A DNA stretch of 64,000 bases from Bugula neritina (lineage: Eukaryota; Animalia; Bryozoa). The DNA is taken from the NCBI GenBank assembly GCA_964035545.1, contig OZ037765.1, positions 27,899,504 through 27,963,503 of the forward strand, given 5' to 3'. Position 1 is the stretch's first letter. The number at the start of each line of letters is the position of its first letter. Shown here in pieces: positions 55,400-64,000 of this stretch. Made by a program: the position numbers and the translations under genes. The notes beneath the pieces were generated by a model. That model was not told the DNA's origin and ran no database searches. It saw only the letters and a list, made by a program, of their open reading frames with translations.

Positions 55400-58300
55400 T
55401 TAGCTTGACCAGCCCATCTGCTGCAAGTAGGGCTGTAGACTATGTAATGATACTGGGGGCATGTAACTACCCATCTTTCTCCTTGTCCACCAGGCCTTTC
55501 TATATTTCTTGCTATTAAATTTGGAATATTCATATTTATAGTGTTCAAGCCTGATATATCTGCAAAACAATTAGACATTACAACTATACATAAATTACAA
55601 GGTGCAAAGCAATCTTTATTGAGATTTCTTCAATAGTTTAAATAATCAACCACTAAATCAAAACATTAGATAATGGCATTAATTGACTATATTAGTTAAA
55701 TACACATACCTACTATAATGATAAGCAATAATAATAGGCAATTAGAATTGATGATGAAATTAATTAACAAAGCCGTATTGATGCTTAAATTAAAGCTGGC
55801 TATGAAGTTATATTATATTCCAAATCCACAGACTATTTGGCTGCTAATGAGTTCCATAAATTAACAGATCATTATGTTATACTCTGTGATATAGCAGAGT
55901 GGAAAGTTAGCAGAGTGGAGAGTTAGCAGAGCGGAGAGTTAGCAGAGCGGAGAGTTAGCAGAGCGGAGAGTTAGCAGAGCGGAGAGTTAGCAGAGCGGAG
56001 AGTTAGCAGAGCGGAGAGTTAGCAGAGCGGAGAGTTAGCAGAGCGGAGAGTTAGCAGAGCGGAGAGTTAGCAGAGCGGAGAGTTAGCAGAGCGGAGAGTT
56101 AGCAGAGCGGAGAGATAGCAGAGCGGAGAGATAGCAGAGCGGAGAGATAGCAGAGCGGAGAGATAGCAGAGTGGAGAGATAGCAGAGAGGAGAGATAGCA
56201 GAGTACAGAGATAGCAGAGTGCAGAAATAACAGAGTACTCAAAAGTCTTGGAATACAATAAAGATGAATGAAATGCAACCCCAGAGCAATAGTTCTTTAG
56301 AGAGGCTATATATTACATAGGCACTGGCAATCAAACAGTGACAGTTGATGAAATTTATTATATAACTTCATAGCCTAAATGTAGAAATATTGTCTTCGGA
56401 TATAAAAGATAATAAATGAGAAAGGTATAAGTCCATTCAGAGTAAATTAAATCTTCAAAAAAAAGATTAAACACCCACAGATAATTACAGGAACTTCAAC
56501 AAAAACTGCTTCCACTGTTTTAAGAATAAAAAGAAGTAAAAACTAACTTACAAAACCCATAAGTTTTATTCTAAGCCATTTTTATTATATTTACAATTTA
56601 TTTAACCCCCTTGATTTGGCTGTGGTGAGACTCAAATTCCCCTAGCTTCTGATTGTTTAAACTAAATCACACGGCACCACACTCAATATAAAATAATTAT
56701 TATGGTAAGAGAGATGTGGTCCCTGTTGCAAGTCCCTAAACAAAAAAGTGAGCAAAGATGGCTGCCTTATCCACGATTTGAAACTTTGTTGTAAAACAGA
56801 TATTATAGTAATGGTATCGAAACCAGAAGCTGTAGCAGCCAGTGACAGTTGAAACAGACAGGATTATATGGAGGTAACGGCTAGTTTTTGTAAATCAACT
56901 AATTTATAAATTGGACATGAAATGTTACAACACCTCTATTGAAAGTTAACATGAAATTTGTTCTAAAAGGCCAATTGCATAAAATGTTCATTCAGAGCTA
57001 GCTACTTACTATTAAAGTATACATAATTTTGGTCTTAAAATATTGATATGCAGCTCAGAGGAAATGTTAGGAGATCATCAACATAATAGGTGAATAATAA
57101 ATATCCCAAACCTATTGCATATTATGTTACTTACTTTGGAGGGGTTTTGCCAGCGAATGGGTTGACATCAATCAGTTCAACTGCGAGCTGGTCATTAGCC
57201 AGTAGCTTGGCGACAAAATGTATGAGCCAAGGATTGTGTTGGTAATTCTGTCAACATTAAACATATATGCTTGTTAGTCAACAAAAAATTATGTATATTA
57301 ATTTACATAATCAAATCATTGCACACGATACCTACAAATTACCTTATACAAGGATGTATATGAAATAATATCTGAAAGGGGGAAGGAAACATAAATGTGC
57401 TATGTATAATTAAACCTGATTTTCAAATAATGCTAATCTGAAAAATAGGCAATAATAGAAAATAACTACCAATGTAGTTGTTTTTGAGTGTGTGTTTGTG
57501 AGTGTGTGTTTGTGAGTGTGTGTTTGTGAGTGTGTGTGTTTGTGAGTGTGTGTGAGTGTGTTTGTGAGTGTGTTTGTGAGTGTGTGTTTTTGAGGGTGTG
57601 TTTGAGAGTGGGTGTTTTTGAGTGTGTGTTTTTGAATGTGTGCTTTTGAGTGTGTGTTTTTGAGTGTGTGTACATGTAATTTAATTACGTTTAGACTATC
57701 CCATTTGGTATTAGAAAGGGCAAGGCACAATTAACAAGATAATAAAGCTTATACCATTTCTCTAATCTAAAGCACAGTAGTTGAATTGTTGATTTAAAAT
57801 GGCTCAGGCTCCTCTTACATAACAATATTCATTGCCAATAATTTGTCATGAAAAGAGCAGAGAAGAAATGAAATACATTTGCTACTTTGAAATTTATTGG
57901 TTTATTACCATTCATCACATTTTGCCAAAAGTGTCAGTCAGAAATTGTAAGCCCAAAAGTCACAATGACAAGGCCTGTCAACATATAATTATAATGTTAT
58001 TATCTCCTGCAAACCAAATTCCCAGATCATCACGTACACTGTGTACTGTTATGCTCTATTATTTGGACTAGAGTGTAGAATACCATAGACAGGAGGTGAG
58101 ACAAATCCGATGGTATTATGTTGATTATCCGTTACTAAGTTAAAGATGCTTAAATTTTCTTACAGTAAGAAAGTTCTAGTCTCTACCAACTGTACCTTAA
58201 AATGTTACACTTTTTATATCTTTTTGCAGAAGAGATAAAATCATTCATTTCAGTGCATAAATTAAGGAAAAAAATGGGAGTAAATAACTTGTTAGGTAGT

Positions 58301-61300
58301 GCTTTGCCAATTCGTTAAATACTTTTGGTAAAAAATATATAATCTGCCACAGAAAATGGACAAACTCTGTGTTCAGAACAAAAACACAGTCCCATGTTTT
58401 CAACAGCTAGCAACTTTTCCAATGATATAGCAGTTGAAAATTATCAAATATAGTCATATAATCACAATTCAGAAGAGAAAGGTTTTAAACTAGTACAACA
58501 TATACATTAGCAAAAAGCCACCAGGCTAAGAGTGGAGGCCTGCAGGTCTTTCACCTGAAAAAAACCAAAGTTTGTTCACAGAGGGTCAAGTGCTCAAAGT
58601 CAAGGCTAAGTGCTCTATAATGATCTTCCTAAAGTTACGTTGCGAACTTCTGATTTTACATTTCAGGCAAAGTGCATCACTTGGGAGAATAAACAAGAAC
58701 TACAGCCAGTGTAGTGTGAACTACTGCATTAGTCTAAACATCCTGGGCATAAAGCATGCAGGAGTTACAGCGTGCAGTCTCTGGTTACAGGGCTAAATGC
58801 TAAACTTCCTTTCCATCAGTAGGACAACGTATAATATAAAACAAAATTTAAAAATGCTACTTTTTAATTAAAATATTATAAATAGTTAACGGAAATTTTA
58901 AATGAAAAGCCCACATCCTATAATTAAAGGATAGTAGTATGATATTTAAATGATGAGCATGCAATTTTAAATTTATAACAATTACAGGCAACCTAGATCA
59001 ATAAAGTTATAGTCAAGTGCTTAAATTAATTACCAAAAAAGCACATTAGGCTTAAAATGATCCAAACATTTAATTATTGTAATTTCACTATAAAATTTAC
59101 TTACACTGGATATAATGGAAATAGGTGTACATGATGACTGTAAAAAGAAGATTTCTATTACAGATTAGACAAACTACTTAGTTACGCAGTGGTGCACAAC
59201 TTTTCATCTTTGAACCATAAAATTTCTTTTTGAGAGTAATTTCACGAAATAACTCCGCTGGCAACAGGTAGAGAGTAAATGAAGATTGAACATCAAATCT
59301 CTAGAAATGGTGAGTCACCATTATGCCAAATTCTAAAGAAAACAATAGCACTTAAGACCTGGCAGGCAGATAATCAGCCTGCTTATGTAATATTCTAGAC
59401 TCCAGACTCTAGACTCAACAACCTCTGGCAGACAAAAAGCACTTTTGATTACAAAATGTTTCAAGCCTTTGCATAAGTACTGTAATAAAACATTGAAATG
59501 AAATTCTAACGAAAAAATTAGCCAAATTTCTTTTTATTTACTCTACCGCTATTTTTTGACTCACCTAGTATTTAACGCTAGCAAAACACTGATTGATCAT
59601 GAAAAATAGTATTATTAACCGCAGCCTACTTTTATTTTGTTCAAAATTTGTCAGGTACTCAAATTTGAATTCCTTAAATCAGTAATTATTTTGTGGCCTT
59701 TATACTATCAACAATCACAGTATAGATGGAGTTCAAATAATAGTCATATCTATATAGGAATAGCCACTAGTCCTTTACAACAGTTGAGTCTTAAAATCTA
59801 TAAACAGAAAGTAAGCATTGGCAATTTAAAGGTTTCTTATTTTGGTACCATAATAATGTATATACCTATGTAACTGTTGTATTGATTGCTAAATAGCTAA
59901 TATGCTAATAGCTATAATAGCTAATATAAAGTATCTGGAATAATAGTCCACTTTTCACGGATTTGTGTGGGCAAAAAGCAGTAGTACATTAATAATAGAC
60001 ATTATTTTTAATGAATACTTATTAACGAAATATCTTTTCACACAACAAGAAGTATAGAATATGCAAAATTAATAAGTTAATGCAGATCGCAGAAATTTAT
60101 TTATGTGCTAGATAACAAACAATTGATCCAAGTTTATTTAAGTGTACATATATTTCAGTAATATTCAAATAAATTGCATGTGAAATATATATTGTACCAA
60201 AATAAATAAATATCGTCCAAGCTGGATGACACCGAATTAAATAGTTACATGTTAAACAAAATCAATTTGCTTTTCAAGAGCACATAGTGTTTTAGTGTAT
60301 AGTGATAAAAGCTTAAAAAAAAAACCAAATAAACTATAACCCAACTCTATTTATTATAGTGCAATACTACAGAATCAGGTTGAAAAATCCTTCTAATCAG
60401 GGAAGCAAATTGTGGGAGGAAACCCCAGGAAGAAACAATAGGATGTTCAAGGAGGAAACATTTTGAAAGCATTTCATAACTAAGTATATTTAGTGCAGTG
60501 CATGCTTACGTAGTAAATAACCCAACTGACAGACAAGTGATTGCGGAATAGATGGCAACATTTGGCACAAGATTGAGCAGTTGCTCTATATGCAGACTAA
60601 ACAGGACATTAATGACTGTCAAGTTGAATTACACTCAGACACGAGACATGTGTTATATCGTAATTATTACAATAACCATTTGGCAACATTTTATCAAGTA
60701 AAACATCAACGACATACATGTATTTAAATTAATAAACATAATTTCTCAATTTTGAAGAGGTCGTTATGAAATTCACTAAATGGCTATACAGCTAATTCAA
60801 CAAAAGCAACTTTATACCTTTTACACCTAATAAGTTCTTCAGTGGGGATCAAAATTTGAGCAGCGAATATTATTTATGTTATAGAAATATGAATATTGAT
60901 GTAAATACTCTAAAAAATTCATCAACTTAAGTCTTTTGGGTCAATTTAACTTGAGTCCAAATATATTGTAGATAATTTCATATTCATGCTTCATTTGCCC
61001 TAATACAACTTTGCGGTCATTATGAAGGGGGCTTTAATCCTTTGTACTGGAGTACAGTATCTCCATTATAATTAATAGTAAGTCTTGGTTAAATATAATT
61101 TACTTTTTCTACCCAGATAATTTTAACAACTATCCGTCCATGTTTAACCACTGAAATCATTGTTTATTTTGTTCTTCTCGCTAAAAAAGTCTCAAACTTT
61201 TAAAATATTATGTAGCTCACCCTTTCCTCCTCACTGCAATTAGTATAATAACTTACAGAGCTGTATCTAAACGTTATGTTATACATTATTAGAAGATTTC

Positions 61301-62031
61301 ATTTGAATATAATTTATATACACTTAGTAGGATTTAGGAATGATACAATCTCTGGGTAGTTTAGCACTTGATCTACTTTAGAAAGTATACTCTACCCTCT
61401 CTTACTATTAACCAGGTTAGACGGCAAAATCTAAAACTGCTTTACCTAAAGTTTCTTGTCAATCTGAACAATCTGGCAACACCTTCTTGAAATTTAGAGT
61501 TATTCTGAGTAAACAGTGCCAAAAAGTGGTTGCATCAACTTTAACCAACACCTCTTCTGATAAAAGTTACCATTTTTTTGACAGCATTTTTTTTGCAGCA
61601 AATCAACTTAAGCAAAAAGCTGTAGCAAGAATAATTATGCTAATATTATAGTTTAAAAGATGTAGGATACTAGAAAACAAAGTTGCTGCCTACAGTCAAG
61701 GCTCTGGCTGCCAAGAAGCTAAACCTCAGGTCACCACACTAACCAGTTTACTACACTGCTGAACGAGGTTGAAATTGGGCAAAGCTGTACAAGAGATGAA
61801 CAGCTCTTTCTCTACATAAAATTATAAAAGAAAAACTGCTAAAAACTCACCTGAAATGCAGCAAACCACATAAGCCAGTCTAATCTATAGTGGTAGGGGG
61901 AGATAAGACAAGGTCTTCTTGTTACATTTCCGGGCTTGCATTTGAACTCGTACTCGTACCACTTGGCATTGGGGTCATCAGGATTATTATACGTCCCTTG
62001 AACTATAACCTCAGTCCTTTCTCTCGTGATA
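55400..62031 (-). CDS. LMF1: Lipase maturation factor 1, last three coding exons (5' part not found in the window)
   Basis: Exons 62031-61851 (ITRERTEVIVQGT..WYEYEFKCKPGNVTRRPCLISPYHYRLDWLMWFAAFQ), 57247-57135 (NYQHNPWLIHFVAKLLAND..NPFAGKTPP) and 55559-55400 (YIRLEHYKYEYS..WWTRRKMGSYMPP..GWSS*). Phases are consistent. None of these peptides is in the supplied ORF track. Confidence 0.94.
55890..56235. repeat. 16-bp minisatellite GTTAGCAGAGCGGAGA, about 21 units, in the last LMF1 intron
   Basis: Directly visible; perfect central units and degenerate edges. Confidence 0.96.
57484..57670. repeat. Degenerate TG-rich ~14-bp tandem repeat (TTGTGAGTGTGTGT)
   Basis: Directly visible; explains the HT-rich ORFs at 57410-57730. 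Confidence 0.9.
59836..60236. mobile_element. Second, left-truncated copy of the 32.7-kb MITE family in an LMF1 intron
   Basis: Colinear similarity to 32745-33166, including ATTGATTGCTAAATAGCTAATATGCTAATAGCTATAAT, CAATTGATCCAAGTTTATTTAA and TAATATTCAAATAAATTGCAT. It ends in GGATGACAC. Confidence 0.85.
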
Positions 62032-64000
62032 CTATATTCAATACAGAAATAAATAATCCAAGTAATACATACTAGAGAAGGTAGTCGGTAAACACAACGC
62101 TGTACTGTACTTTTTTGCCACCAGGATACAAATTAGCTGAATATTTAACACAAGCACTGTGATTAACTTCCACCATGTCTTTAAAAAAAGACCTGCTTTA
62201 CTTGAAACTTTCTCTAAATATTAATGTAGGTTTGCCATCTTTATAAAAAATGGTGAATATATTTCATATCAATTACATACCACATATAATTGATATACAA
62301 TAGGCAGGCAGGCAGGCAGGCAGGTAGTGCATCCTAAATATTGTGCCACCTTATGAATAACTATGGAACATATAAATCAATTTTATTAAAACTTACACAT
62401 TTAGACAAGAATAGAAAAGGTAATGTGAGGAGGTACTTGGGAAAGCAGCGAGAACAAAGACTTGAGTTGAGTAAGATCTGACTGAAGTCATTGGCAAAAG
62501 AAGGGAAATCAATTTCATTAGTAATAGATGTGATGTACTCTAGATTTGAGGCAGTTAATCTTGAGTCTACTATAGAAATCATTTTCGTTGTTGAGTGCAG
62601 GTTAATTAATGACATCGATATCAACCTTTATTGGTTAAATGCTGTTTGATTTTTTAAGCATTTGAAGCAATTAAGTGATGATTTCCTGATATGGCTAGTG
62701 ATACGTCAAGTAATTATATGTGTAAGTAGGGTGATTGATGGAGCGACAAATATAGCTATTAGTATTACAGTTTGAAGATATTGTAGCAAAGTATCTATAG
62801 ATGTATAGTAGGGTCAGGGGCTCAGCTAATCCAGTAACATTAAGTCCAAAAGACATAAAAAGTCCATTGTAAAATATCCCACGGAATGAAACATCAAAAG
62901 TCAAAGGCAACGCCCAATTTAGATGTTACCTAATAAATCCTAATATTTAATATGCTTCAAAATTTGATTAGATAAGTATTTCAATTATTAAATCCAGTTA
63001 AACTAGAAAGTCTGATATACTGCTCTGGCACTATAACTCAAGAATAATATTTATATCTTTCTCTTTGATAGAAAAGGAAATAGGAAAAAGTAATTCTGTT
63101 GCTAATTGGAAGGAAGCAGCTACATGCAGTTAGTGCACTTGGCTAGTTTTATTATTATTTCTTGGAAGATAATAGAAAAATATAGAAAAATAGCCAATAA
63201 ATAAAAAGACAATGAAATGATAAAAGAAAACTAGAGATAAATCACAACAATGACTGAGTTTAAGAGGCTGTAGAGTAGTTTATAACATTCAAAAAAGTTG
63301 ATAATCTTAGCGTTTACTTAAAAAGGTAAATTATCTACTTAGAATGCTTCATTAACTCAACCAGCTCTACAAGAACAGTAGCTATTCCTGTGTAGTATTA
63401 CTGTGATATGCGTGATAATGGTGTAGTATTTGAATGTTGCATGTATTGGCCTTATGAAAGGAGAGTGAAATAAAAGATATATTTTGCTCGGCTTACAGAC
63501 TATATTTCATATGTTTATAAAGCTGAAGCATAAAACATTCATATTTCATTAACAAAAAACTTAAAAACCCACAGTAAGATCAATTAAAATTAACTAAAAA
63601 ATTAAAAGGATATATTTGCTATGCTGCCTGAAATAAATAATATAAAAACTGCCTATTTCTGGGCGAAGGCTTAATTAGATTCCAGCACGGGTAGAATATA
63701 TTTACAGCTTATGTTAGTTAAACAATTCTTCAAATAGTAGCCTACACCACAAATATTCACAGAATTTTACCACCACCCCTTAGTAGTTGCCTGCTTCATC
63801 AAAATTAAAGATATTGTATCAATCACTATGTTTGCAAATGTATTAGTTTTATCTAGGATCTTAAAACTAGCATTAGAAGCTTGATTGCTAATAAAGCTCT
63901 TGTGAAATCTGGTAGATATATAAAAATAAAAAAATTTCCCCTTATGATAAATTCATAAAAGTTGATCATTTAAACATATAAAATAAAAAATAATTCTAAT

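Noticed and set aside
62361-62910. Additional LMF1 exons in ORFs 62361-62624 and 62695-62910
   Set aside because: I could not find the expected preceding LMF1 peptide (..NTYGAFG..) here, so the next exon is probably beyond the window.

Overview
AT-rich, intron-containing eukaryotic DNA from an invertebrate animal. I rebuilt the exon chains by hand from GT-AG junctions and reading phase. Left to right: KANSL3 (+, 14 coding exons), whose intron 9 holds a near-intact antisense RTE-clade non-LTR retrotransposon and whose intron 5 holds a tRNA-derived SINE; CNOT4 (+); a RING-less B-box1/B-box2/coiled-coil/beta-propeller TRIM-like gene (-); a CR1/Jockey-type LINE remnant next to a MITE that has a second copy near 60 kb; Disabled/DAB (+); a small two-exon gene of unrecognised family (signal peptide, acidic body, C-terminal HDEL; -); an Msx homeobox gene (-); and the last three exons of LMF1 (-). 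Several mini- and microsatellites are present. The strongest non-annotated signal is a complete HDV-like self-cleaving ribozyme fold at the 5' boundary of the RTE element. The HDEL protein and candidate Msx cis-regulatory elements come next. Family assignments rest on recalled motifs, not database searches.
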